Positions 19,087 through 28,820 of a DNA stretch of 64,000 nt are shown here, in pieces. The notes beneath the pieces are model-generated. The model had not been told where the DNA came from. It worked only from the letters and a program-made list of their open reading frames with translations, and did not search any database. Made by a program: the position numbers and the translations under genes. This stretch comes from an uncultured Bacteroidota bacterium (lineage in GTDB: Bacteria; Bacteroidota; Bacteroidia; Bacteroidales; SZUA-534). Position 1 is the stretch's first letter. Each line of letters starts with the position of its first letter. The stretch is from NCBI GenBank assembly GCA_946186925.1, contig CAMHPA010000007.1:11860-75859 (forward strand), in the 5' to 3' direction.

Positions 19087-20121
19087 ATGATAGAATTTAC
19101 AGCCGCACAAATTGCTGATGCTCTGAAGGGCGAGGTTGTTGGCAACGCCGACGTGAAACTGCGCGATGTGGCAAAGATTGAAGAGGGTCGCGAGGGCGCT
19201 CTGTCGTTTCTGGCAAACCCGAAATACATCCATTACATCTACACTACCAAATCGTCGGCGGTGCTGGTGAATCGCGATTTCAAGCCCGAAGGACCGGTCG
19301 AGACCACGCTCATCTATGTTGATAATGCCTACGAGGCTTTCGCGTCGCTGCTCGATATGGTGGCCGAGGCCGTCATTCCGCGCAAGAATGGCATTGAGCA
19401 GCCATCGTTCATCGACCCGTCGGCAACCTACGGCGAGAACCTGTATCTGGGCGCTTTCGCCTACATCGGGCCAAACGCACGCATCGGCAAGAACGTGAAG
19501 ATTTATCCGCAATGCTATATTGGTGATAATGTGAAGATTGGCGACAACTGCATCATCTACCCGGGTGTAAAAATCTACTACAACTGCGTGCTTGGCAACA
19601 ACGTAACGCTGCACGCCGGAACGTCAATTGGCGCCGACGGCTTCGGCTTCGCGCCCAACGCCGACAACAACTACAAGAAGATTCCGCAAATCGGCAATGT
19701 GATAATTGAGGATTATGTTGAGATTGGCGCCAACGCCTGTGTTGACCGTTCGACAATGGGTTCGACCATCATTCACAAGGGCGTGAAGCTCGACAATCTG
19801 GTGCAGGTTGGCCACAACGTTCAGATTGGCGAGAACACCGTGATGTCGGCACAGTGCGGCATTGCCGGCTCAACCAAGATTGGACGCAACTGTATGTGCG
19901 GCGGCCAGGTGGGCTTTGCGCCACACATCACCGTGGCCGATGGCACTCACATTGGTGCGCAATCGGGATTGAACGCCAACATCACCACCGAAGGCACGGC
20001 CATCATCGGCTCGCCAGTTCAGGACTACAAAGGCTGGCTGCGGTCGAGCGTGCTTTTCCGCAAGTTCCCCGATATTGTCAAACGCATCGACAACATCGAA
20101 AAACAATTGGCACAGAAATAA
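19087..20121 (+). CDS. lpxD: UDP-3-O-acylglucosamine N-acyltransferase LpxD
   Basis: N-terminus resembles LpxD ([12 protein letters not shown]), followed by a long left-handed beta-helix hexapeptide repeat region. Confidence 0.9.
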   Translation: MIEFTAAQIADALKGEVVGNADVKLRDVAKIEEGREGALSFLANPKYIHYIYTTKSSAVLVNRDFKPEGPVETTLIYVDNAYEAFASLLDMVAEAVIPRKNGIEQPSFIDPSATYGENLYLGAFAYIGPNARIGKNVKIYPQCYIGDNVKIGDNCIIYPGVKIYYNCVLGNNVTLHAGTSIGADGFGFAPNADNNYKKIPQIGNVIIEDYVEIGANACVDRSTMGSTIIHKGVKLDNLVQVGHNVQIGENTVMSAQCGIAGSTKIGRNCMCGGQVGFAPHITVADGTHIGAQSGLNANITTEGTAIIGSPVQDYKGWLRSSVLFRKFPDIVKRIDNIEKQLAQK

Positions 20122-20210
20122 TTGTGTGTGAAACAAATATGATGGAATGCCCGGCTTCGGAAACGAGGCAGGGCGTTTCTGTTATTAGGCATTCCTCATG
20201 TCCAAATACA

Positions 20211-20244
20211 AAAAAAGCCGGTACCCAAGCGGATACCGGCTTTT
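20211..20244. terminator. bidirectional hairpin terminator between convergent lpxD and tpiA
   Basis: A6, then GCCGGTA (20217-20223), a 10-nt loop, TACCGGC (20234-20240), then T4. Confidence 0.6.
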
Positions 20245-20267
20245 GCGATTATATCGCGGCAAGCGGA

Positions 20268-21020
20268 TTAGAATGCCTTGATAATTCCCATAAAGTCTTC
20301 GCATTTCAGCGATGCGCCACCAATCAGGCCGCCGTCGATGTCGGGTTTGGCGAACAGTTCGGGAGCGTTCGAAGCCTTGCACGAGCCACCGTAAAGGATT
20401 GAAGTGTTTTCTGCAACTTCTTTGCCGTATTTTGCGGCAATCACCGAGCGGATGTAAGCGTGAATCTCTTCTGCTTGGTCCGAAGTGGCGGTTTTGCCAG
20501 TGCCGATGGCCCAGATTGGCTCGTAGGCGATGATAATCTTCGAGAAGTCGTCAGCCGAAAGGTTGAATACTGAGCCTTCGAGCTCGGCTTTCACAACCTC
20601 GTTCTGCTTGTTGGCTTCGCGCTCTGCCAGGCTTTCGCCGATGCAGAAGATAACCTTCAAACCGTTGGCCAGAGCCAGTTGAACCTTCTCTTTCAGAATG
20701 TCGTAAGTCTCTTTGTAGTACTCGCGGCGCTCAGAGTGGCCAAGGATAACATACTCAGCACCAGTCGATTTAACCATTTCGGCCGAAACTTCACCAGTGA
20801 AAGCACCTTTCTCTTTGTCGGCGCAGTTTTCAGCGCCAAGGCCGATGATGTTGTGGTTGATAACCTCAGAAACCTTTGCAAGGTGGATAAACGGTGTGCA
20901 GATAACCACGTCGCAGTTTGGTTTTGCGCTCAAAGCGTTGTTCAACTCTGTTGCAAGAGCAATGCCTTCCTGAAGATTCTTGTTCATCTTCCAGTTGCCG
21001 GCAACTATTTTCTTTCTCAT
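20268..21020 (-). CDS. tpiA: triose-phosphate isomerase
   Basis: [14 protein letters not shown]-terminus and [11 protein letters not shown] motif. Confidence 0.96.
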   Translation of the reverse strand: MRKKIVAGNWKMNKNLQEGIALATELNNALSAKPNCDVVICTPFIHLAKVSEVINHNIIGLGAENCADKEKGAFTGEVSAEMVKSTGAEYVILGHSERREYYKETYDILKEKVQLALANGLKVIFCIGESLAEREANKQNEVVKAELEGSVFNLSADDFSKIIIAYEPIWAIGTGKTATSDQAEEIHAYIRSVIAAKYGKEVAENTSILYGGSCKASNAPELFAKPDIDGGLIGGASLKCEDFMGIIKAF

Positions 21021-21050
21021 TTTTGAAATATTTAAATATTTAACAATCTG

Positions 21051-22304
21051 TTAATTACATTTATTTTCGTTTCCGAATCTTTTGCGCGCAAGTAAGTAAA
21101 TCGATGCGATAAATGCAAGCGATAAAATGAGCAGCCACGAGTAGAATGTACGCTGTTTCGTCACTTGATAATCAATGCATTTTGCAAGCAGATTGCCCTC
21201 GAAGAATTTCATCGGCGGAATGTCGGCCAGGTTCCATTTGCCGATAATCACGCCGTCTTTCACCACCATCAGGCCGGGGTTCGAGCGGACGATGGTTTTG
21301 AGCGTCGTCTCGTCGCAGATGCAGATTTCGTAAGGCGGCTCGGCCACCTCGCGGAACGACACAATGGCCTCGTCGGTCGAAGCGGTGAGCATACGGAATG
21401 TGTAGCCCTGCGCCAGGCAGAAGTCGGCCAGGCGGTTCAGGCTGTCGGTGCGGCTCAGGTCCGATTTGTCGAGATTGTAGGCGATGAGCAGGAAATTGTA
21501 GTTGTCGCTCGCCAGCAGGTCTTCGGTCAGGTCCTCGCCGTCGGGGTTCACAATCGAGAAATCGTGGATCGGCGGCTCGTAGCCCTTCTGCACCAGTGTG
21601 TGCCGCGCATCGACGAAAGTCCAGGTGCTGTCGGGCAAGTTGCTGATTTGGAATGTTTTCCGCTCGCCGTCTTTCTCATAGATGAAGGTGCTCTCGTACA
21701 CGTCGGCAGGCGCACCTGCGGGGCGTTCCATTTTCGCCCTGATTGATGTCCCGACGTTATATGGGCGGAAATCGAGCACTTGCGTGTGGCGATACGAGTA
21801 TCCGCAGAAAATCAAGATTGCCGCAGCAGCAACGCCCGTGAGCGCCCATTGTTCCATTGGTTTCAGTTTGCTGTCCAGTTGCTTGCGCGATGCAAACACC
21901 GCCACCGCAGCCGCCAGTAGCACAAGGTTTTTGAAGAACGTCTGCCAGTTGGTGATTACGAGCGCGTCGCCAAAGCAGCCGCAGTCGTGCACGGGGTTGG
22001 CAATGGCAATGTAGAGCGTGAGCGGCGTGTAGAAAGCCATAAAAGCCAGCACAAACGTCGCGCTGAAGCGTATCTTCAGGTTGAAGAGCACCATCACGCC
22101 AAGTGTGAACTCAATAAGGTCCTGCAGCACCGAGAGCGCGAACGCCAAGCCGTTGGCCCAGCCCATTCCGAAGGCGTTGAAGTAGTCGATGAACTTGTAG
22201 GTTGAGCCGAGCGGGTCCACCGCTTTCACAAATCCCGAAAAAATGAATGTCACACCGATGATTATGCGGCAGACGAGCAGAATGGTTGGTTTTAAACGGT
22301 TCAT
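21051..22304 (-). CDS. DoxX/MauE-like membrane protein fused to a thioredoxin-fold-like C-terminal domain lacking CxxC
   Basis: N-terminal half has 4-5 TM helices (IIIGVTFIFSGFVKAVDP). The C-terminal half looks TlpA-like but has no CxxC. A final TM helix follows. Confidence 0.7.
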   Translation of the reverse strand: MNRLKPTILLVCRIIIGVTFIFSGFVKAVDPLGSTYKFIDYFNAFGMGWANGLAFALSVLQDLIEFTLGVMVLFNLKIRFSATFVLAFMAFYTPLTLYIAIANPVHDCGCFGDALVITNWQTFFKNLVLLAAAVAVFASRKQLDSKLKPMEQWALTGVAAAAILIFCGYSYRHTQVLDFRPYNVGTSIRAKMERPAGAPADVYESTFIYEKDGERKTFQISNLPDSTWTFVDARHTLVQKGYEPPIHDFSIVNPDGEDLTEDLLASDNYNFLLIAYNLDKSDLSRTDSLNRLADFCLAQGYTFRMLTASTDEAIVSFREVAEPPYEICICDETTLKTIVRSNPGLMVVKDGVIIGKWNLADIPPMKFFEGNLLAKCIDYQVTKQRTFYSWLLILSLAFIASIYLLARKRFGNENKCN

Positions 22305-22305
22305 A

Positions 22306-22356
22306 GTTGAAGTTTTAAGTTTTGAAGTTTTAAGTTTACAGGTTTAAATTCTAACT
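22306..22356. repeat. intergenic short-word repeat (GTTTTAAG/GTTGAAG-type units)
   Basis: gttgaagttttaagttttgaagttttaagtttacaggtttaaattctaac. Confidence 0.8.
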
Positions 22357-22376
22357 CTCTGTGTCTCTAATTATAC

Positions 22377-22751
22377 CTATAATAAATCATTCGCCTGCCA
22401 GGCCCCCTCAAGGTGCTCAATCACTTTTGGCGGATTGCCATTGAGCACGGCCACAATGTCGAACCGGCCTTCAAGGTCGATGTTATTTTGAATCATATAG
22501 GCGTCGGCGGCCTCGACAAGATTTTTCATTTTCTTTTTTGTGACAGCCTCCTGCGGCAGCTCAAAGGCAAGTGTTGAGCGCGTTTTCACCTCCACAAACA
22601 CCATTGTATCGCCGTCGCGCGCCACAATGTCAATCTCCTTCGGACCATAGCGCCAGTTGCGGTCAACAATCTCGTAGCCCTTTTGCTGCAAGAAGTTGGC
22701 GGCCAAAGCCTCGCCCTCGCGTCCGACATCGTTATGCTCGCTCATTGCCAA
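22377..22751 (-). CDS. yraN: YraN-family (UPF0102) PD-(D/E)xK endonuclease-like protein
   Basis: GEALAANFLQQKGYEIVDRNWR...EIDIVA...VFVEVKTR motif pattern. Confidence 0.85.
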   Translation of the reverse strand: MAMSEHNDVGREGEALAANFLQQKGYEIVDRNWRYGPKEIDIVARDGDTMVFVEVKTRSTLAFELPQEAVTKKKMKNLVEAADAYMIQNNIDLEGRFDIVAVLNGNPPKVIEHLEGAWQANDLL

Positions 22752-23634
22752 AATCTAATTTGCTAATCTGTTTATCGACAGATAGTTGCGCTGTGCGGTC
22801 AAAGATTAGCGGTTTGTTTGGCTGCTGATGACCGGCCTCAAAGCCGAAGGCCACCGGGTAGCCGTAGTCGGCCACAGCGTCCATCACTATTTGGTTGGCG
22901 GTCAAGCCGAAAGACGGTGTGCTGTCTTCGGCATCGGTGAAATATCCGCAGGCCAAACCGGCTAAATTAGTCAGCATTCCGGCCTCGCGCAACTGCCGCA
23001 TCATACGGTCGATGCGGTAGAGCGGCTCGCCAACGTCCTCAATGAAAAGAATTTTTCCATCGGTGTTGAGTTGCCACGGTGTGCCAATAAGCGAGCAGAC
23101 GATAGACAGATTTCCGCCGCAAACCACGCCCTGCGCATCGCCGCACTGGTTGCCGTCGCCGGCGAAAGTGTAGTTTGGCGTGCGGCCTTCAAGAACGCTG
23201 AAAAGTTCGTCAACGCTGGCTTGCGGCTTGCTGAAGTTCACTGGCATTTGCCCGTGGACGCTCTCAACGCCCAACTGCGTCAGCGCCGCGTGCAGCACCG
23301 TTATGTCGCTGAAGCCCACAAGCCATTTCGGCGACCGCAAAAGTCCCGAAAAATCGACTTTCCCCACCATCCGCACGCAGCCATAACCACCACGCACACA
23401 AAAGATTGCGCGGATTTCGGTGTCGTCAATCATCTGCTGAAGGTCGGCGGCGCGCTCGCTGTCGGTTCCGGCAAAAATGCCGTGCTCAAGGCGCGTTGTC
23501 AGGCCTCGGACGGGGCAGTAGCCGTAACTCTCAATGGTTGAGCATATTGCAGCGTAGTTTTCCTGCCCGACAAACCGTGCCGGTGCTACAATCCCGACTT
23601 TGTCGCCTTTCTGCAGTGACGGTGGTGTTATCAT
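22732..23634 (-). CDS. LD-carboxypeptidase (peptidase S66 family)
   Basis: Nucleophile motif VGFSDITVLH. The length and C-terminal E/H region fit the S66 family. Confidence 0.85.
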   Translation of the reverse strand: MITPPSLQKGDKVGIVAPARFVGQENYAAICSTIESYGYCPVRGLTTRLEHGIFAGTDSERAADLQQMIDDTEIRAIFCVRGGYGCVRMVGKVDFSGLLRSPKWLVGFSDITVLHAALTQLGVESVHGQMPVNFSKPQASVDELFSVLEGRTPNYTFAGDGNQCGDAQGVVCGGNLSIVCSLIGTPWQLNTDGKILFIEDVGEPLYRIDRMMRQLREAGMLTNLAGLACGYFTDAEDSTPSFGLTANQIVMDAVADYGYPVAFGFEAGHQQPNKPLIFDRTAQLSVDKQISKLDFGNERA

Positions 23635-23649
23635 TGCTCAAAAAAATGT

Positions 23650-24096
23650 TTATTCCTCAGGTTCAGTTGGTTGCGGAGCGTTGCCTTCGCCTTCGTTCTG
23701 CTGCGGACGGCGGTATTGACGGCGGCGGTGGTTGTTGCGACTACCTTCATTCGACCTATTTTCAGCGTTTTCGCCGTTGTTCTCGCCACTCGGTTTGCGG
23801 CTGTTGCCGCCTTTGCCACGCACTTCGCGGCGCAAATTCTTGATATCCTTATCTATAGAGTTCTTTGTCGATTCGAGCATAATCTGGAACTCTTCGGTGG
23901 CGTTAATCATCGCACGTTTGCTGTCGCGCATCGCCTTAAACGCCATAAACAATGCGGCAAGAGCCACAACTAATGCGCCGACCGACAAACACGTTCCGCA
24001 AGATGACTGCGATGCGCAGGTCTGCGCCATACAGGGTACCGATGTGGTGGCGATTGTAGCGGCCACTAATGCTAAAGATTTGATTTTCTTTGACAT
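23650..24096 (-). CDS. hypothetical membrane-anchored protein with Cys-rich stub and basic low-complexity tail
   Basis: Track ORF of 148 aa. It has two N-terminal hydrophobic segments flanking CMAQTCASQSSCGTC, then a coiled-coil-like segment and an R/N/G/E-rich tail. No family recognised. Confidence 0.5.
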   Translation of the reverse strand: MSKKIKSLALVAATIATTSVPCMAQTCASQSSCGTCLSVGALVVALAALFMAFKAMRDSKRAMINATEEFQIMLESTKNSIDKDIKNLRREVRGKGGNSRKPSGENNGENAENRSNEGSRNNHRRRQYRRPQQNEGEGNAPQPTEPEE

Positions 24097-24160
24097 AAAA
24101 CAATTTTTATTAGTTATTAAACAAAACGATTAGTTTTCAAAAGAACGATATTTTTTTAAA

Positions 24161-24931
24161 TCAACTGAATCCACGCTGCTTTTTAATTGCTTCGTAAGCC
24201 TCGTTGATTTTCTGGAACTTCTCTTTTGCGGCGCGTTGCACGTCCTCGCCCAAGTAGGCCACCTTGTCGGGATGGTTCTCGACGGCCATCTTGCGGTAGG
24301 CTTTCTTAACCTCATCATCGGTGGCCGACGGGCTGATTCCCAATATTTTATATGCAGAGTCGGCATCTTGCTTCACAAACATCGATTTTATTGAGTTGAA
24401 ATCGGTGTCGCTGATGCCCATATTTCTGGCAATCACTTCAATAACGCTCGCTTCGTTGGCCTGGACGCTGCCATCGGCGTTTGAGATACCAAACAGATAG
24501 TCAATAAGTTGCAGTCGGCTTGAATAGTTGAGCATCTGGCCAATCTGGCGGCTCACTTCGTAAACGGGAATCTGCTGTTTGAGTACGTCGCGCAGCATTC
24601 GAATGCCGTCGGTGGCGGCTTCAACGCCGAACTGCCGCACAAAAAACTGCTTCACATAGTTGAGTTCGGCTTGAGTAACCTTGCCATCGGCCTTCATCAC
24701 AGCGGCAGTCAGCACCACAAGGCTAACCATAAAGTCGCCGCGCGAAGTCTGCTGCCGCGAATATGCCGCGCCGCCCGGCTGCTGTCCGCCGAATCCGGTG
24801 CTGTAGCCTGCCTGTCCGCCGACTTGTTCTTTTGTGTCGAAAGCGGCGCCGATAAAGTAGCCCAAAATGCCGCCCAACGGTCCGCCTAAAGCCCAACCGA
24901 TGCCGCCGCCAATCCATTTTCCAAATTTCAT
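24161..24931 (-). CDS. DjlA-like co-chaperone (Gly-rich TM, TerB-like middle, C-terminal J domain)
   Basis: C-terminal J domain with an HPD motif (AYKILGISPSATDDEVKKAYRKMAVENHPDK) and an N-terminal glycine-zipper TM segment. Confidence 0.8.
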   Translation of the reverse strand: MKFGKWIGGGIGWALGGPLGGILGYFIGAAFDTKEQVGGQAGYSTGFGGQQPGGAAYSRQQTSRGDFMVSLVVLTAAVMKADGKVTQAELNYVKQFFVRQFGVEAATDGIRMLRDVLKQQIPVYEVSRQIGQMLNYSSRLQLIDYLFGISNADGSVQANEASVIEVIARNMGISDTDFNSIKSMFVKQDADSAYKILGISPSATDDEVKKAYRKMAVENHPDKVAYLGEDVQRAAKEKFQKINEAYEAIKKQRGFS

Positions 24932-24943
24932 CTCAATCGTATT

Positions 24944-25537
24944 TTATGCTTTTGCCGTTACGGCATTGCGTTGGTTTTCAATTATTTTCTTAATCTCGGT
25001 GTCGATTTCTGCCGAGCCATCGTTCACAATCACGTGGTTGGCGTGGGTGCGAAAGTAATCATCGTTGCGCTGGTTTGCAATACGTTGTGCAACTTGTTCG
25101 CGCGTTGCGCCGTCGCGGCGCATTACTCGTGCAATGCGAACTTCAATTGGTGCAACCACGGCCACCACCGTGTTGCAGAGTTTTTCAAGTCCGCCTTCGA
25201 ACAGAATGGCCGACTCAACCACCACAATATCAGTGGTTTGATTGTTGCGCCAAGCCGCAAAATCGTTTCTGACGGCAGGGTGGATAATGCTGTCAATCCA
25301 CTCAAGTTCGGCCTTGTCGGCGAAAATGCGGCTTGCCAAGAACTGACGGTTCAGTTTTCCGTCAGTATAGGCTTCGGCACCGTATCGGTCTGTAACCAAA
25401 CGTTTTATATCGTCATTATCATAGAGCAGTTTGGCACGCTCATCGCAGTTGTAGCACGGCACGCCCATCGCTGCAAAGCGCTCTGCCACAAAACTTTTGC
25501 CGCTTCCGATTCCGCCTGTCAAGCCAATAGTTATCAT
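24944..25537 (-). CDS. coaE: dephospho-CoA kinase
   Basis: GLTGGIGSGKS P-loop at the N-terminus; 197 aa. Confidence 0.92.
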   Translation of the reverse strand: MITIGLTGGIGSGKSFVAERFAAMGVPCYNCDERAKLLYDNDDIKRLVTDRYGAEAYTDGKLNRQFLASRIFADKAELEWIDSIIHPAVRNDFAAWRNNQTTDIVVVESAILFEGGLEKLCNTVVAVVAPIEVRIARVMRRDGATREQVAQRIANQRNDDYFRTHANHVIVNDGSAEIDTEIKKIIENQRNAVTAKA

Positions 25538-26523
25538 CGCGGTTCGAGAACAAAATTGACAACTTGCGGCTCAACGCTCACATTATAAACATTGGCAGGC
25601 TGAACTGTCACTGCCACAGGAAGTTGCATTCCAAGCATTGTTTTTATCTGTTCCGCGTCGGCTTCAACCTTGAAATCGTTGTGGCTCAGGCGCGCATAGT
25701 CGTTGGTCGAAACCCAATAACGGATGGTCACATCGTTGGGCATCAGCCTTACGGCGACCGAGTCGGGCTCGCCAACAACGGTGATGGGCACGGTGGCCAC
25801 GGCTTCGGTGAACTTCGAAACGGGCACATCGACCTTCACTTTGCGATGAATGAAAACAATACCATCAATAGGTTGCAAATCAATATTTTTACTAATGTCG
25901 GATGTCACGCCGCGAGCGGTAATCCGTTTGGTATAGACGGCCTGCAAGGTGTCGAGCAGCAGGTCGGGACCGTTCACCGTAACCATCGATGGCGTAACGC
26001 TGACAATGCCGTCAATGCGGCACTGACTGTCGAAATGTAGGTCGAGCACGGGCCGCACGGGCACGCGCTTCTCGCCGTAGTTCGAGAAGACGAAATAGAT
26101 GGTGTCGGGCTGAATCATCGACAGGGCAAGGTTTGCGGGCAACTGCGACTTTATCTCTTCAAACAGCGCGCTGGTGCCCAAATGGAATTCCATTGTCGAT
26201 TCCTTGGCCAAAATATGGTTCAGGCGGCTCAGGTTGATGACCACGGGCTCGGGCATCTTGCCCATCTTGTAGCGCAGAATGTCGAATCCGCGGCCCTGCA
26301 CGTTCAGGTCGAGATTTTCGGGCAGGTCGTTCACCACCACCTTCTGCATCGGCAGGTTGATGAACGTGACGGGGTAGTGGATGGTGGCGTTCGTCTCGTC
26401 GCCCAACTTGTTGAAGAACCACATCAGCGACGAGAAGCCGATGAACACAAAATAGAGCAGCATCCGCTTGTCGAACCGCAATCGGTTTTTGACCGCTGAT
26501 ATGTCAAGGTTTGGATGTTTCAT
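25534..26523 (-). CDS. YbbR-like domain-containing protein
   Basis: One TM helix followed by repeated YbbR-like beta modules. ATGA overlap with coaE. Start trimmed to the ATG at complement 26521..26523, because the 30-codon track extension would run over the yajC terminator hairpin. Confidence 0.75.
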   Translation of the reverse strand: MKHPNLDISAVKNRLRFDKRMLLYFVFIGFSSLMWFFNKLGDETNATIHYPVTFINLPMQKVVVNDLPENLDLNVQGRGFDILRYKMGKMPEPVVINLSRLNHILAKESTMEFHLGTSALFEEIKSQLPANLALSMIQPDTIYFVFSNYGEKRVPVRPVLDLHFDSQCRIDGIVSVTPSMVTVNGPDLLLDTLQAVYTKRITARGVTSDISKNIDLQPIDGIVFIHRKVKVDVPVSKFTEAVATVPITVVGEPDSVAVRLMPNDVTIRYWVSTNDYARLSHNDFKVEADAEQIKTMLGMQLPVAVTVQPANVYNVSVEPQVVNFVLEPR

Positions 26524-26613
26524 TGTCAGGCGATGAAAATCGCGAAATTCTTCAGGTCTCAAAATTAGCAAACCTGACGGAATAAAATGCGGGGTTCGGC
26601 GGCAAAAACGCAC

Positions 26614-26640
26614 AAAAAAAGCGCCGAATCTCTTCAGCGC
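26614..26640 (-). terminator. hairpin terminator after yajC
   Basis: On the minus strand, GCGCTGAA and TTCGGCGC form a stem with one mismatch, followed by T7. Confidence 0.55.
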
Positions 26641-26666
26641 CTTATTGATTTCCGATGAATCGGAAT

Positions 26667-26999
26667 TTAAGCCTTTGGTGCCACGTCGGCAGGGTCTTTC
26701 ACCAAGCCCGACTTGTCAACCTTAATCAGCACGCCGTTCGACACGTCGAGCAGAACGGTGGTGTCCTTAACTTCGGCAATGGTGCCGTAGATTCCGCCCA
26801 CGGTGAGCACTTTGTCGCCTTTTTTGAGCGCCTTGCGGAACTCGTTAATCTCTTTCTGCTTCTTGGTCTGCGGACGAATCATAAAGAAGTAGAACACAAA
26901 AATGATAAGCACCAGCATAATCAGGCTGCTTGCACCGCCGCCCTGAGCGCCTTCGGCACCACCTTGTGGCGCCATCAGAAAAATACTCAACAGATTCAT
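26667..26999 (-). CDS. yajC: preprotein translocase subunit YajC
   Basis: FMIRPQTKKQKE...GDKVLTVGGIYGTI motif pattern; 110 aa. Confidence 0.92.
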   Translation of the reverse strand: MNLLSIFLMAPQGGAEGAQGGGASSLIMLVLIIFVFYFFMIRPQTKKQKEINEFRKALKKGDKVLTVGGIYGTIAEVKDTTVLLDVSNGVLIKVDKSGLVKDPADVAPKA

Positions 27000-27078
27000 T
27001 GTCGTTTTGTTTTGATTTATTGTTTAACTGTTTATCAATTGTTTAAAGGTTGAGTCGCTTCGCTGTTTAGAAGTTTAT

Positions 27079-27094
27079 CCCGATAGCTATCGGG
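27079..27094. repeat. palindrome CCCGATAGCTATCGGG (copy 2 of 3)
   Basis: Perfect 16-bp palindrome. It lies between 12-bp direct repeats TCGCTGTTTAGA (27060-27071 and 27099-27110), separated from them by 7-nt and 4-nt gaps. It also lies inside a perfect 13-bp inverted repeat, GTTTAGAAGTTTA (27065-27077) and TAAACTTCTAAAC (27133-27145). Confidence 0.9.
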
Positions 27095-27120
27095 GGCATC
27101 GCTGTTTAGATAACTAATCA

Positions 27121-27207
27121 TTCTCAACTTTCTAAACTTCTAAACTTCTCACCCCCTCATTTCCAATTATAAATTTCTAATTCCTAACTACTAAATCCTA
27201 AATCCTA
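27121..27207. repeat. intergenic short-word repeat (TTCTAAAC / CTAAATC-type units)
   Basis: ttctcaactttctaaacttctaaacttctc...aatttctaattcctaactactaaatcctaaatccta. Confidence 0.8.
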
Positions 27208-27211
27208 CCTA

Positions 27212-27610
27212 CTACTTAACTTCTGCAAATATCTGCAATTTAACGGGTTTCTCGCCGCAATTTGTCCAGACGTTGGCGCTTTTCAACTGCTTGCCTTCGC
27301 GGCCGTAACTGTCGAAAATCACTTCAACGGTGCCGCTCTCGCCAGGTTTGACGGGCTCGGTTGAGTATTTCGACGCCGTGCAGCCGCAACTGGTTGTTAC
27401 GTCGGTAATCTGCAGTGGGCCGTCGCCTATATTTCTGAATTTGAACGTGTACGACACTTTTTCGCCTTGCGCGATGGTGCCGAAATTGTGGCTCACATCA
27501 TCGAAACTGATTTGAGGCGTGCCGTTCTGCGCATCGGTTTTTGGCTGGTTTCCAGCGCAACTGACGCAAAACGCAGCCATCAGCAGACCGATTTTCGCAA
27601 GTCCCCTCAT
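27212..27610 (-). CDS. DUF1573-domain lipoprotein
   Basis: Lipobox (AAFCVSCAG) and a C-terminal Ig-like region with the TSCGCT motif typical of DUF1573. Confidence 0.8.
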   Translation of the reverse strand: MRGLAKIGLLMAAFCVSCAGNQPKTDAQNGTPQISFDDVSHNFGTIAQGEKVSYTFKFRNIGDGPLQITDVTTSCGCTASKYSTEPVKPGESGTVEVIFDSYGREGKQLKSANVWTNCGEKPVKLQIFAEVK

Positions 27611-27615
27611 CAGCG

Positions 27616-28560
27616 TTATTCAATAAGTCCGCGGCCGGTTTTCTTGATTTTGCCTTCGGCTTTCATCTGGTTCACAATCTTGTCCAGAATGCCGTTCACA
27701 AAGGCGTTGCTGCGGTCGGTGCTGTAGAATTTTGCAAGGTCGATGTACTCGTTCAGACTCACCTTCACGGGGATGCTCTCGAACGATGTAATCTCCGACA
27801 TCGCCATCTCAATGATTAGCAGGTCCATCTGTGCCAGGCGCTCAAGGTCCCAGTTTTTGATTGTGCTGCGGATAATGGTGTTGTTGGCATCGTGGTTGAG
27901 CACCGTCTTGCAGAACAGGTCGGTGGCAAAGCGGCGGTCATCGTCGTTCTTGTAGAGTTTCATCAATGCCATCCGTTCCGATGTTTCTTTTAGCTTTTCA
28001 ACGGTTTTGATGTTCATACTCAACACAAACTCGATGTCGTCGTTCCAGTATATCGAATTCTCTTCGAGCACCTGGTAGAGCATATCGTCGTCTACCATAT
28101 ACTCGCTGAAGAAGTTCATCACAAATTTTTGGTCGGCCTCGTAACTGCTGTCGGGGCTGGCCATATAGGCTTTGTAGCTTTCTGACTCCACCATCACCGT
28201 GTAAATGTGCTTGATGAGCTCGGGCGTGGCGCTCCAGTTGAGGGCGTTTGAGTCGGTGTAAACAAACAGCCCCTCGGTGTTCTCTATCTGCTTGATAACC
28301 GCATTGTTGACAAACCGTTCGTTGGGGTTGCGGTCTTCGTCTGACGCAATGAACTTCGACTTGCGCAGCTCAATTTTGTCGAGCGCGTAGCGGTGCACGT
28401 CAAGCAGAAGGATGAAGAAAAGATGGTAGAGGTCGTACGATTTTTCGAGGCTCTTCTGAAGGTCTTTCTCATATTTTGGCAAGCCGTCGGAGTTGTTGCC
28501 GTTGAAGTAAGCGTAAAGAAGCTGTAGAACCTTAACCCTAATTAATCGTCTGCTAATCAT
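27616..28560 (-). CDS. nusB: transcription antitermination factor NusB (long Bacteroidota form)
   Basis: N-terminus MISRRLIRVKVLQLLYAY, with the NusB fold signature near the C-terminus (INEYIDLAKFYS...FVNGILDKI). Confidence 0.85.
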   Translation of the reverse strand: MISRRLIRVKVLQLLYAYFNGNNSDGLPKYEKDLQKSLEKSYDLYHLFFILLLDVHRYALDKIELRKSKFIASDEDRNPNERFVNNAVIKQIENTEGLFVYTDSNALNWSATPELIKHIYTVMVESESYKAYMASPDSSYEADQKFVMNFFSEYMVDDDMLYQVLEENSIYWNDDIEFVLSMNIKTVEKLKETSERMALMKLYKNDDDRRFATDLFCKTVLNHDANNTIIRSTIKNWDLERLAQMDLLIIEMAMSEITSFESIPVKVSLNEYIDLAKFYSTDRSNAFVNGILDKIVNQMKAEGKIKKTGRGLIE

Positions 28561-28608
28561 TTGAAAGACCCTTAAATTGTTATTAAATCGGAGGCAAAGA
28601 TAATCGAT

Positions 28609-28640
28609 ATTTAGGATTTAAAATTTAGGATTTAGGATTT
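28609..28640. repeat. intergenic short-word repeat (TAGGATT-type 7-mers)
   Basis: atttaggatttaaaatttaggatttaggattt. Confidence 0.8.
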
Positions 28641-28730
28641 CGCACGCAGATTTTTCTAATGTTAGAATTATCAATTGGACATATTGATGATTATCAGCAA
28701 ATTAAATCATAACATCTTTTAAAACCAACA

Positions 28731-28820
28731 TCTAACTCTAAACTCTAAACTTTAAACTTCAAACTTTTAACTTCTAACTTCAAACTTCAAACCACCAACA
28801 CCAAACACCCAACACCAGCA
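28731..28820. repeat. intergenic short-word repeat (CTAAAC/CTTCAAA then CCAACAC-type units)
   Basis: tctaactctaaactctaaactttaaacttcaaacttttaacttctaacttcaaacttcaaaccaccaacaccaaacacccaacaccagca. Confidence 0.8.
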
